Source: Planctomycetaceae bacterium UBA2671
GTDB lineage: Bacteria > Planctomycetota > Planctomycetia > Planctomycetales > Planctomycetaceae
Reading direction: 5' to 3'
NCBI GenBank assembly: GCA_002359185.1
Contig: DEML01000116.1
Location: 20,362-84,361 of the forward strand
DNA length: 64,000 nucleotides
Shown: positions 37,690 to 47,468 of the stretch, in pieces
Numbering within the stretch: the first letter of the stretch is position 1
How the letters are laid out: each line of letters begins with the position of its first letter
Made by a program: the position numbers and the translations under genes
The notes under the pieces: model-generated
What the model was told of the DNA's origin: nothing
What the model saw: only the letters and a program-made list of their open reading frames with translations
The model's database searches: none

Positions 37690-38022
37690 GCGGACGGCTT
37701 CATTTGTAGAAAAGAACGATGCAGAAATCAGGAATTCCTCATCACTGACGAATTCTCACCTATAAATGCATCGGATCGACATTCCCTCCACAATGAACAG
37801 GATTCCCGACGAACGTCCTTTTCTCAACGATGCGGCTCCTGTATCTTCCGTGAACACCCCAATTTGCCAATAATTCAAGCATTTGCACAATATCATAACC
37901 CGAAGCGTCAGCGATGGGCCGGCGTTCGATCACCAATTGGTTAAGCTTATATTCACAAAGAGAAACGTCGCTCCATGCACCATCCAGAGGACCTGGGTCA
38001 TGAGAATAACGTTGAATTTATA

Positions 38023-41000
38023 TCAACCAAAAGGATTTCGCAGGAATTTTTGATAAGGAAGTCGCACGCCATCGACAAAAACCTGATCAGCTCTTGGGAT
38101 GTTCACACCATCTGGTAAAAACTCGGTCGCTCCCAGATAGGTCACTACATCATCCTGATCGACCCCGTCTCCACTGACCCCAAATCCTCCGACAATTTGG
38201 TTATTTATATAGAGAGGCGTGCTTCCCGGAAAGAAAACGACTCCATTCTGATTAGCCCTCGTGCTGGCACCGACAGCGGGCATCACACCTGCGTCTCCGG
38301 GATCCCGGAAATTGGTCTGAGGATTGAAGGCATCGTAACCCAACACACTGGTAAATGTAGAAGCCGCCGCAGGGGCTCCAATATTCTCGCCCGTTGTAGG
38401 ATCAATCGAGGGATTATTCAATATCGAGAAGGGCGCAGCTGGTGTCCCATCGACTCCATCGGGAAAGCGGGGTTCAGAAAGATATCGGAATGTACGATTT
38501 GTAAATGCGGTCGCCGGATCGATGGGCTCGGGACTTGTATTGTTCGGATCGAATGGTGTGTCTTTATCGATAGGCAGGACATCGTTAGGATCTGAATAGT
38601 AGGCCACATTTCGAGCCTTCGCGACTGCGACATCGATCGAAAACGTGGTCGCATCCTGCATGCGGTACAGTCCCAGAACTTCACCGTTTGTATCAGTCAC
38701 TGCAAAAACCATTCGCGTTCTGGCTCCGGGAGATTGATCCGGAGCTTCGAGCCGAACAGCGGCTCGCGTCACCTCGGCTGCTTCAATTGCATCTTCGATA
38801 ATCTGCTGGACAACCGCAGCAGTCAAAGCGGGATCAGTCGCAGAGGCATGGGGAGTGACCAGATAGCCTTCCGGGACATTCAATCCATTGCGATACAATT
38901 GCGGATCAGCCGTAAAGTTTCCTAAATTCATCGGGTCTTCGATATCAATCCCGGTATCAAAGACGCCATTGTTATTCAAATCACCTGTATCTGAAACAAT
39001 CTGATCGGCTCCGCTTGAAACTCCCGGAGGCGTATTCAATGCCAGTTCAACTGTTTCCATAATTCCAACACAGCCTGCTGTTGGTCCCAGAGCAGCAAGT
39101 TGAATACCTACCAGATCCAGACGTCCAAATGGCAAATCGATATCGCTGACAGGATTACCGGCAAATGCTGTTTTTGCCAGAGGTTCATGTGCAAACTCAG
39201 CTGCCTGAGTGCTTCCCCCAGCGACTGCCAGAGCAATCAACTCAGCCTCGAGAACTTTCGGGGCATTGGTTCGCTCTTCAGTGGTTTGTCCTACTCCAGG
39301 AACAAAACCCTGTTCAAAACTGGCATAACCATCCGGTCCAGGGAAGAACACGCCGACACCACCAATTAACGTATCGCCAATTCCATCCAGATCAGTATCT
39401 CGAAACAGGGGAATTCCCCCAGGCAAAGTGGCGATCCCACGAGACTGAGCCCCCGGATTGATTCCGGAGACAAATCCATACGCCTCTGGAGCAGCCAGTT
39501 CCTGACCAGCAGGGACAAATGCGGGATCGATATTAAACCGACCACGTAATGTCACATCGTCTGCAGTTCCTTTAATGCCGTCATCGCCGGGATGAATGAT
39601 GCTATCACGGTTAGTATGTTCGATTGCAAACAGATCGACCTGCGGAGTGTTCGGAATATCTGGTGGGAAATGTCCTCCCAAACCGATCGGAGCAATAAAA
39701 CCTGGACCACGGACGGTCGAATTGGGATCAATATCGTTGGGGTTGGAGTTGACTTCACGTTCCGTCACAGTCGACTGACTGATGAATCGAACAAGACGCG
39801 AAGTTAAGGGAGCGAATGTTCCTCCGTCGCCATTGTTGGGATCACCATTGGAAAACAGAGCCGCGGTTCGGGCTTTGGCCACCGCCCCATCAATCGCAAA
39901 TGCCAACCCCTGAGGATCACCCGCAAAATTGTCCAGGACTTCCTGTTCTGCTCGAACCCCTAGGATATTTCCATTGCGATCCACAATGGCGATAATCGCA
40001 TCATTACTCGCGGTCACCTCAGAACCATAATTCAGCAGACTTGCGACTTCAGCAGGAGTTAATTGCTCTGGCGTTGCAACCATCGCATGCAGGACAAACG
40101 CATTGGCACCATTGCCGTTTTGCGAGTCCATGGGCATGAAGATCGCGTTGTTGAGTGATTGTGAAATTGATTCGAGATTATGCTCATTTTCATAACTTCG
40201 ACTCATCAACTGGGCTGGATCACTTTGAAAGATATCTTCCAGACCTGACACATGCCCGGCTTCATGGGCGATGACCGTGAAAAAGTCGTAGCTGTTATTG
40301 ACATTGCCGTTGTTGTAATTATTTTCCCAGTTCTCAGCTTGATCCAGCCAGATCATCCCGACAACTTTGGGATGCTCATTTTGCTCGGAGGTTTGAACCT
40401 GACTCAACCCGAGTGTGCCGTCGCGCTGGCTGGTATGACCGAAAGCTGCCAGATCTCCAACACCAATGTTTACGATCTCACTCAAATCCGCCTCAGTGTC
40501 CTGAATGAATTCGATTTTCCCGCCACTGGCTTCGCTCCATCCCTGTAACGCTTGGACAGCTAAAGCCTGCTGTTCTACGGAAATCGTATTCGAATACCCT
40601 TCGGCATCCCGGAAATCATATTTAATGGTGACCGTTTCATATTGATCAATAAACCAGTCTGCAGACTCCGAACCGGGGCTGTTTTCCTGAGAGATCACTG
40701 GCAATGAAGCAGGATCAGTTGGTCTGGTCAACGAATCCAGATCGATGTCCGCAGAATTCGGAATCAATTGGGGATCTGTTTCGAAAGTCAAATCCGTACC
40801 GGTATCGAATGTGATCGAGTTTGCTGCAGCATTTCCAGAGGATTTAATCCGTGGTGTATTGAATGGAGTTGATTCGGCTGGATCTCCGGGATCCTCAGTC
40901 TCCCAGGCAGTCGGCAGAATTGAACCTGATTCAGAGGAATCTGCACCAGATCGTAAAGGTGTCTGATTCGTTGCCTCAACGGTTTCTTCAGAAGAATTTC

Positions 41001-41259
41001 GATCCTGCCTTGGCTGGCTCTCATTGTTTGATAATGGAGACAATTCATTGGTGAGATGAGGTGCACTGGCGATGTGAGGAGTAGCCGGGTTTGTATCAGA
41101 AGCGCTTGGCTGGTTCGCGACTGCTCCTGCCAGGGAACTCAATACGAGCCGTTCTTCCAGCATTTCGACCTGAATCTGATCATAAAGTCTCTCCGTTTCC
41201 ACGGGAGTCTTTGCCGCTTGGAAGATCTCGAATAGTCGTTGACCAAACATAACATGCAC
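38023..41259 (-). CDS. Large secreted protein: metzincin-like zinc protease domain followed by two GlcG/HbpS-like (heme-binding/'haem-degrading' fold) modules
   Basis: 1078-aa ORF. N-terminal QVEMLEERLVLSSLAG motif. Zinc site VIAHEAGHVSGLEDIF (HExxHxxGxxD). GlcG-like strings appear twice: AIIAIVDRNGNILGVRAEQ...GAVAKARTAALFS, and MVFAVTDTNGEVLGLYRMQD...VAVAKARNVAYYS...GGFGVSGDGVDQDD. Confidence 0.65.
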   Translation of the reverse strand: MHVMFGQRLFEIFQAAKTPVETERLYDQIQVEMLEERLVLSSLAGAVANQPSASDTNPATPHIASAPHLTNELSPLSNNESQPRQDRNSSEETVEATNQTPLRSGADSSESGSILPTAWETEDPGDPAESTPFNTPRIKSSGNAAANSITFDTGTDLTFETDPQLIPNSADIDLDSLTRPTDPASLPVISQENSPGSESADWFIDQYETVTIKYDFRDAEGYSNTISVEQQALAVQALQGWSEASGGKIEFIQDTEADLSEIVNIGVGDLAAFGHTSQRDGTLGLSQVQTSEQNEHPKVVGMIWLDQAENWENNYNNGNVNNSYDFFTVIAHEAGHVSGLEDIFQSDPAQLMSRSYENEHNLESISQSLNNAIFMPMDSQNGNGANAFVLHAMVATPEQLTPAEVASLLNYGSEVTASNDAIIAIVDRNGNILGVRAEQEVLDNFAGDPQGLAFAIDGAVAKARTAALFSNGDPNNGDGGTFAPLTSRLVRFISQSTVTEREVNSNPNDIDPNSTVRGPGFIAPIGLGGHFPPDIPNTPQVDLFAIEHTNRDSIIHPGDDGIKGTADDVTLRGRFNIDPAFVPAGQELAAPEAYGFVSGINPGAQSRGIATLPGGIPLFRDTDLDGIGDTLIGGVGVFFPGPDGYASFEQGFVPGVGQTTEERTNAPKVLEAELIALAVAGGSTQAAEFAHEPLAKTAFAGNPVSDIDLPFGRLDLVGIQLAALGPTAGCVGIMETVELALNTPPGVSSGADQIVSDTGDLNNNGVFDTGIDIEDPMNLGNFTADPQLYRNGLNVPEGYLVTPHASATDPALTAAVVQQIIEDAIEAAEVTRAAVRLEAPDQSPGARTRMVFAVTDTNGEVLGLYRMQDATTFSIDVAVAKARNVAYYSDPNDVLPIDKDTPFDPNNTSPEPIDPATAFTNRTFRYLSEPRFPDGVDGTPAAPFSILNNPSIDPTTGENIGAPAAASTFTSVLGYDAFNPQTNFRDPGDAGVMPAVGASTRANQNGVVFFPGSTPLYINNQIVGGFGVSGDGVDQDDVVTYLGATEFLPDGVNIPRADQVFVDGVRLPYQKFLRNPFG

Positions 41260-41903
41260 CAGTGCTCTGTGAGAAGTTCTGAACTCCAGGTTGGAGAGTT
41301 TTTGTGAGCGTATAAAGAATCAGTCAGGACGACAGGAATATCAGCTGGTTTTGATGACGAGCGATTCTCAGCTCACTGAATTGTGAAGCTCAAGAATTAA
41401 AAGTGGTTTTTTGAGGTGGGGCATCGGTAATTGAGTTAAAGTATTGATCCGTACAACCCTCATTATCGGCAAACTCACCCAGATGTGATCAGGTTGAATC
41501 TTAAAAAGCTGAGAACAGTTCCATGAAAATCGAAAATCTTGAGCTCAGAATTGTAATTATGGGATCAAATCTATCAAAAAATTGTTCAGTATGAATTCCC
41601 CTTGTGAGACTTGTGATATCCTGAATACTATCTGTTATGAACAGTTCCCACCTCATTTGCTGTTCATGGTTGATTTGAGTTTTCACCTTCCCCAATTCCT
41701 TCCTATCAACATCTGCTTTTTCGTGAAGTAGATAATGATCTGTAAGTACACTGTATCTCCTTTGATTGCAGTTCCTGTAATTCCTCCCACCATTAAGTTG
41801 TCCCGTTAACGATTTCAAATTCCCTCTGAAATTCGATTGCGGATTAACGATCAATTGCCTCTCAATCAATCCCGTTTTTCCACGTTAGCCGTTTAGGGCT
41901 GCG

Positions 41904-44222
41904 ATGATTTACTACAAAAGTCTCATATACCGATTTCACGATCGATTCTTCACTGATGAGTTTCGGCTCACAGGATGGGACTTGAGTTCTGCATATTTTC
42001 AGGCGAAATATTCCTTACTGATAAAAGGGCTCTCGTCGCTTCTGTTTGTCATAGCAGCGAGCTTGATGGCCTCAACCGCTTGCGGGCAGGCTCTTCAGCG
42101 ATTTGAAGCTTCCGGGCAGTATGAACGTGATGAAAAGCATTCAGGCTCGACATTGAAGGTTGAGACAGAGAATCGTTTTCGGCTCACGCCACTGAATCAG
42201 ATTGCTGTTCAAGAATTCGATAAAACTGCAAAATCGCCAGCCATGCCCAGGTTAGAAGTCCCTCCGTTATCAAAGAGCGATGACGATTTAAAGCTGGATG
42301 TCCTACAGCCTGGGACCAGGATGTTTGTCGATTCCCCTTCCCCGGTAAAAACAGCTCGATTGTTCTCTGAAGACTCCCCCTTAATTCTGCCTGAGCCCGT
42401 CGTTGAAACTGCTCCCACCCTCAATCCCCCGATCTTAAGACGTCCTCTCGCAGAATTTGGGCCTCCACAAATTGAGTTGGAGGAGGAAGAGGTCAATCTG
42501 TTTGAGGACTCTCTTCTGACATATCCTCACGAAGCTCCACTCGGGTACACCGGGCCTTCTGGAATTCTGCCCAAGGATGCCCAAACAACGAGTCACTTTG
42601 TCCCGGTGGAAGATCGCTGGCGTTCCGGATTTCCGGACTGGGATCGATACGACCAGGGGCAGCCGTCGGGAGTTGATTATCCTTATGAGCATGGACGCTG
42701 GTATGACCCGTACAATCAAAATTATCTCAAAGGTGATTTTCCGATCATCGGTCAGCATCTCTTCATGAATATTACAGCAGAGTATGAAACCCTCCAGGAA
42801 TTTCGTCAGTTACCTGTCGCGACTTCTCCTTTTGAAAGTACGATCGATCCATTTTCGGAGCCATTCTTTGGGGATCCCAATCAGTACTTCTCGTCCAATT
42901 TATTCCTGATGTCCTTTGAATTGTTTCACGGCAATGCGGCTTTCAAGCCGATTGACTGGCAATTCAAAATGACTACTGCATTCAATATCAATTACCTCGA
43001 TACGAATGAACTCGCGGTCGTGAATCCTGATATTCGAGAGGGAACAACCAGGCTTGATGATTATTTTGCACTTCAGGAATATTTCTTTGAGTGGAAGATG
43101 GCGGACTTGAGTCCGCATTACGATTTCGTCTCCGCACGAGTTGGATCGCAGGAATTCGTCAGCGATTTTAAGGGATTTATCTTCGATGATGTCAATCGTG
43201 GTGCCCGGGTTTTTGGAACACGGCTGGCTAACCGCGATCAGTTTAACATCGTTTTGTTCGATCAGGTTGAAAAAGACACCAATAGCCTGTTGAATACTTT
43301 CAATGATCGAAAACAAAACACTCTCATCATGAATTACTACCGGCAGGATTTCATTTCCCCCGGTTACACGGCTCAAGCCAGTTTTCATTACAATATTGAC
43401 CGACCGGACTTTCTGTTCGATAACAACAATTTTCTGGCCCGCCCCGATCCTGTCGGTATTTTTGAGCCGCATCAGGTGGAAGCCTACTATTTGGGCTTAT
43501 CTGGCCAGGGGCATATCGAAAAGCTGAACATCTCGAATGCGTTTTACTATGTGTTCGGACATGACAGTATGAATCCGATTGCGGGAAAAGCTCAGGATAT
43601 CAGCGCCTGCATGGCTGCTCTCGAACTCTCCTACGACCGCGACTGGGCTCGATTCCGCACATCCTTCTTTTATGCTTCGGGAGACAGCAATCCCAACGAT
43701 ACAACCGCAACAGGCTTCGATACGATTCTCGATGCCCCCAACTTTGCCGGAGGAGAATTCAGCTATTGGCAACGCCAGCAGCTGCAACTATTCGGCGTGA
43801 GTCTCGTGCAGCGGGAAAGCCTTGTTCCCGACTTGAGAACCAGCAAATTTCAGGGACAATCGAACTTCGTTAATCCTGGGTTATTGCTGTTTAATGTCGG
43901 TATGGATTTTGATATCACGCCGAAGTTGAAGATGATCACCAACGCGAACTATATCATGTTCGACGATACCGAAGTTCTCGAAACCTACACCTTTCAGGAT
44001 GATATCGCCACCGCAATTGGGACCGACCTGAGCATTGGTTTTGAATACCGCCCTTTACTGAGCGATAACATCGTGTTCGAAGCAGGGATTGCAACCCTGA
44101 TACCCGATGAAGGGCTCAAAGATCTGTACGGCAAGTACGATCCGTTCACGATTGCCCAGGTCAATAATCCAGAACTCGATCCCCTGTTCTCCATATTTGT
44201 GCAGGGTGCGTTCATCTATTAA
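41904..44222 (+). CDS. Putative large outer-membrane beta-barrel protein (772 aa)
   Basis: Signal-like LLIKGLSSLLFVIAASLMASTACGQA. The C-terminal two thirds show amphipathic beta-strand dyads (FRTSFFYASGD, ITNANYIMFDD, LSIGFEYRPLL, IVFEAGIATLIP). The terminus is aromatic (...FVQGAFIY). I could not recognise a named family. Confidence 0.55.
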   Translation: MIYYKSLIYRFHDRFFTDEFRLTGWDLSSAYFQAKYSLLIKGLSSLLFVIAASLMASTACGQALQRFEASGQYERDEKHSGSTLKVETENRFRLTPLNQIAVQEFDKTAKSPAMPRLEVPPLSKSDDDLKLDVLQPGTRMFVDSPSPVKTARLFSEDSPLILPEPVVETAPTLNPPILRRPLAEFGPPQIELEEEEVNLFEDSLLTYPHEAPLGYTGPSGILPKDAQTTSHFVPVEDRWRSGFPDWDRYDQGQPSGVDYPYEHGRWYDPYNQNYLKGDFPIIGQHLFMNITAEYETLQEFRQLPVATSPFESTIDPFSEPFFGDPNQYFSSNLFLMSFELFHGNAAFKPIDWQFKMTTAFNINYLDTNELAVVNPDIREGTTRLDDYFALQEYFFEWKMADLSPHYDFVSARVGSQEFVSDFKGFIFDDVNRGARVFGTRLANRDQFNIVLFDQVEKDTNSLLNTFNDRKQNTLIMNYYRQDFISPGYTAQASFHYNIDRPDFLFDNNNFLARPDPVGIFEPHQVEAYYLGLSGQGHIEKLNISNAFYYVFGHDSMNPIAGKAQDISACMAALELSYDRDWARFRTSFFYASGDSNPNDTTATGFDTILDAPNFAGGEFSYWQRQQLQLFGVSLVQRESLVPDLRTSKFQGQSNFVNPGLLLFNVGMDFDITPKLKMITNANYIMFDDTEVLETYTFQDDIATAIGTDLSIGFEYRPLLSDNIVFEAGIATLIPDEGLKDLYGKYDPFTIAQVNNPELDPLFSIFVQGAFIY

Positions 44223-44302
44223 TTTCCAGGAAATGTATTCGTATGAATGGATTTGCTTCTCTCATTAACTCCGCTGAATTTCTCAAGCTGTCATTATGAT
44301 CC

Positions 44303-46072
44303 ATGACGATCAGTAATCCCTTTCATCACATCGAATTCAAAGACCGGAATGACTTCGAGTTCTCCAGGATCGTCTGGTGCTGCGCGTGTTGTGTGATTCT
44401 TTGCTGCGGAATCGGCTGTGCCAGATTGCCCAAAACGTCAACCACATCTATAGCCTTGGCTAACCCAGATTCAACCGCAGTGGAAGAGTATCCGGCCCTG
44501 ATCGTAAGTGCCGAGATGGATGGCGAAAAACATCGCGAGGCGAATCTGACTCAGCTCAACGTTAGCGAATCGCAACTTCTTGAGGAAAGCACTAACGAAG
44601 AAGTCATCGAATTTGCTGCTTATTCGACCAATTCCGATTTACAAACTTCGGAAGCCTTAACGATTTCCATGGCAATGCAGGTGATGCTTGAGAATAATCC
44701 ACTGGTCAGGCAGGCACAACTTTCTCAGGAAATGCAGCAGACGCTCATCGATCAATCTCTGGCTGAGTTCGATACTACGCTTTCCTCGAACCTCGATATG
44801 AGACAGGTCAACCAACAGGCCAGTTCCGCAATCGATGCTCTGGGGACGGGACAAAATACAATTTCGACGACCAGCCTGGGAACTTCGAATGGACCTGATC
44901 TACTGGCTTTTGGGAAAAAATGGGAAACCGGAACACAAACCCGACTGGCGTATGGCAGCAATTATAATAACAACAATCCTTCCGGGTCCTTTCTTCTGGT
45001 GAACCCGGCTTACTCCTCAAATTTATCTCTGAGTGTCAGCCAACCGCTCTGGCAGGGAAGAAATCAAAATGTCAATGAGGCTCCTATTGCGATCGCCAAA
45101 TTAAATCAGGCGCGGTCAAAGTATGAAACTCGGGAAACGGTCACCGATCTGATTGTCGAACTTCATGCAGCCTACTGGTCGGTCTATCAACTCCAGCAGG
45201 AAGTCACACTCATTGAACAGGAATTATCGGATGCCGAACATTTGCATCACGAAGAAGAAGTACGTCTCAAACTCGGTGAAGGGAGTATGGTGCGTCTGAC
45301 ACGCTCGCTCGATTATGTTCAACAACTAAAAATCGAACTGGCCCAAGTTGAGCAACGAGCGTTCGAGGCTGAACAGAGACTCTTCCTGACCATGGGGATT
45401 GATCAGTCACTGTCTACTATACCTCGTCATCTGATCGCCGAGCCCGTATCCAATCTTATCGCAATAGACGCGGTCAGCAGTCGCGAGCAGGCACTTCAGA
45501 ATCGAAATGAACTCAAAATTGCCCGCCAAAAACTCAAGACCGCGGAACTCCAGAGACTGCAGGCTGAAGACCTGACAAAACCATCAATCAACGTTGTGGG
45601 TCGCGTTGGAGTTTCCGGACTCGATTCGAATGCCTTCGGAGCGATCCAGAATGCCAGTTCCGGAAACTATCACAACTGGATGATGGGCCTGAACTATGAA
45701 CGTAAACTTGGCAAACGAGGCGAACAGGCCCTGCTGAAACGAGCGGAGTTGCAGTTTCAGTCTGCGATGATTGAACTGCGAAAAGCTGAGAACATTATCA
45801 ACTACGATGTCGACCAGAGCCTGGAACAGGTGCGGAAAAGCTATGACATCTATCAGGCCCAACTGACTCGCTCTAACCTCCTCATAGAGCAACTCGATAT
45901 CTACAACAAGCTGTACCACAAAGGGCAAATCACCATTGAACAACTGGTGGAATCGCGTGGTAATCTCCTCTCCGTTCAACGCGACGAATTGCTGGCGCTG
46001 GTCAATTACAATCTATCGATTGTTGTCTATCACCGCAGCCTCGGAAATTTAACGCATCGTTATTCCCTTTGA
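44303..46072 (+). CDS. TolC-family outer-membrane efflux protein
   Basis: 589-aa ORF with a Cys-rich lipoprotein-like signal (VILCCGIGC). It has two OEP-type helical repeats (e.g. LSLSVSQPLWQGRN, the coiled-coil LIEQELSDAEHLHHEEEVRLKLGEGS, and a second repeat NVVGRVGVSG...). Confidence 0.8.
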   Translation: MTISNPFHHIEFKDRNDFEFSRIVWCCACCVILCCGIGCARLPKTSTTSIALANPDSTAVEEYPALIVSAEMDGEKHREANLTQLNVSESQLLEESTNEEVIEFAAYSTNSDLQTSEALTISMAMQVMLENNPLVRQAQLSQEMQQTLIDQSLAEFDTTLSSNLDMRQVNQQASSAIDALGTGQNTISTTSLGTSNGPDLLAFGKKWETGTQTRLAYGSNYNNNNPSGSFLLVNPAYSSNLSLSVSQPLWQGRNQNVNEAPIAIAKLNQARSKYETRETVTDLIVELHAAYWSVYQLQQEVTLIEQELSDAEHLHHEEEVRLKLGEGSMVRLTRSLDYVQQLKIELAQVEQRAFEAEQRLFLTMGIDQSLSTIPRHLIAEPVSNLIAIDAVSSREQALQNRNELKIARQKLKTAELQRLQAEDLTKPSINVVGRVGVSGLDSNAFGAIQNASSGNYHNWMMGLNYERKLGKRGEQALLKRAELQFQSAMIELRKAENIINYDVDQSLEQVRKSYDIYQAQLTRSNLLIEQLDIYNKLYHKGQITIEQLVESRGNLLSVQRDELLALVNYNLSIVVYHRSLGNLTHRYSL

Positions 46073-46392
46073 TTTGAATTTCTACTGCTATCTGTCCTCA
46101 GGCTGCTTCTGCGAAATGGAGTGCTAAATGTCAATTCAAACCGGTCACGTGCATCTGGGTAAATATTAGTACAATTTGATCATCACAATTTCTAAAGAAA
46201 TTGAAGACAGATCACGTCGGATACTGTACACTTCCAGTCATACTCGCCACTATTTCATAAATGCTCCATTCGCTGAGCAGTCACAGGGATAGGAGCTGAG
46301 ACGCAACAATCGTGATCGATGAGTGACTTCCAATGTCGCTCTAATATTTCTCAACAATTTTATTTGCACAATCATAATATTAAGGTGTCGAA

Positions 46393-47388
46393 TTGCTTAT
46401 TACGCGATCACATTGGATTGGCCATCGAGTGTGGGCGCTGGTGACTTTGCTGGTCGGCATCATCAGCATTGTGATCTTTGCGTTTCGAGTCGCAAATTCT
46501 GAAAGCTGGCCTACGGGGAGCGATCCCTACTGCTTCCTGCTGGGAGTTGGAGCGTTCCTGATTATCGTCTTCGAAAGTCTGCTCTGGCTTCGCAAGAAAT
46601 TACGGCTCGTCCGGATTCTTGGGAAGCCGAAGACCTGGATGAAAGCTCATATCTGGCTCGGATTATTGTGTGTTCCCTTCGCGGTTATGCACAGTGGCCT
46701 AAGGTTTGGAGGACCACTAACGACTGCTCTGATGGTCATTTTTGGCCTGGTCATTCTCAGTGGAGTGAGTGGATTAATTCTCCAGCAGTTCATTCCCAAA
46801 ATGATGTTTCAGATGATTCCTCACGAAACAATTCATTCACAAATCCCCCGCGTTGTCTGTCATTTACGGAATGATGCCGAAGGCTTGATTCGACAGTTGA
46901 ATCGTGATTTTGCCTTTGAGAAAATGCAGGGTGATCTGCTCCATCTGGAACGGGTTGAACACGAAGCCCTTCGAAGTCAGTTTCTGATAGAAGGAGACGA
47001 CAAGCGAAATCGGGGAGGCGCGAGCAATATCAAGTCGATTTCTGCTCCTACGATTTTTCGCCAAAACATTCCGAAAGATCATCCTCTTGTCAAATTTGCG
47101 AAAGAGTATCTCGATGACTTTATGAGCCTGAAAAAGTATGGCTCTTCGCCATTGCGGGATTCTGTTCGCATGCAGCGAGAGTTTCGAAAAGTACGCACCG
47201 AGTTGGAAGAATCGCAGGTGGCAACACTGGATCAACTGGAAAAAATTTGCAGCGAACGAAACGAACTGCATCAGCAATACCGTCTGCATCTCCTGCTCCA
47301 TTTCTGGTTGTATGTGCATTACCCGTTGACGATTCTCCTGTTGGGATTGTTGGGAGTGCATATCTATTTTGGATTGTATTATTGGTAG
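46393..47388 (+). CDS. Integral membrane protein with two intramembrane His pairs (candidate di-heme b-type electron carrier)
   Basis: 331-aa ORF with a TTG start. It has about 5 TM helices and a roughly 160-aa soluble coiled-coil insert between TM4 and TM5. By my residue count, His86/His100 lie in TM3 (KAHIWLGLLCVPFAVMHSG) and His309/His323 in the last helix (VHYPLTILLLGLLGVHIY). Confidence 0.6.
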   Translation: MLITRSHWIGHRVWALVTLLVGIISIVIFAFRVANSESWPTGSDPYCFLLGVGAFLIIVFESLLWLRKKLRLVRILGKPKTWMKAHIWLGLLCVPFAVMHSGLRFGGPLTTALMVIFGLVILSGVSGLILQQFIPKMMFQMIPHETIHSQIPRVVCHLRNDAEGLIRQLNRDFAFEKMQGDLLHLERVEHEALRSQFLIEGDDKRNRGGASNIKSISAPTIFRQNIPKDHPLVKFAKEYLDDFMSLKKYGSSPLRDSVRMQREFRKVRTELEESQVATLDQLEKICSERNELHQQYRLHLLLHFWLYVHYPLTILLLGLLGVHIYFGLYYW

Positions 47389-47468
47389 GATATACAAATC
47401 TGTTACGGTGAAAGTGTCTCACACTTGATCTCGAACTGTTCACTACCCTTGCGTGAAACGACTGATTG

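Noticed and set aside
41501-41869. 122-aa ORF on the - strand in the AT-rich divergent intergenic region between the metzincin gene and the beta-barrel gene
   Set aside because: It has no signal peptide, motifs or TM segments, and its composition looks like translated AT-rich non-coding DNA. It could be a real small gene, but I cannot support that from the sequence alone.
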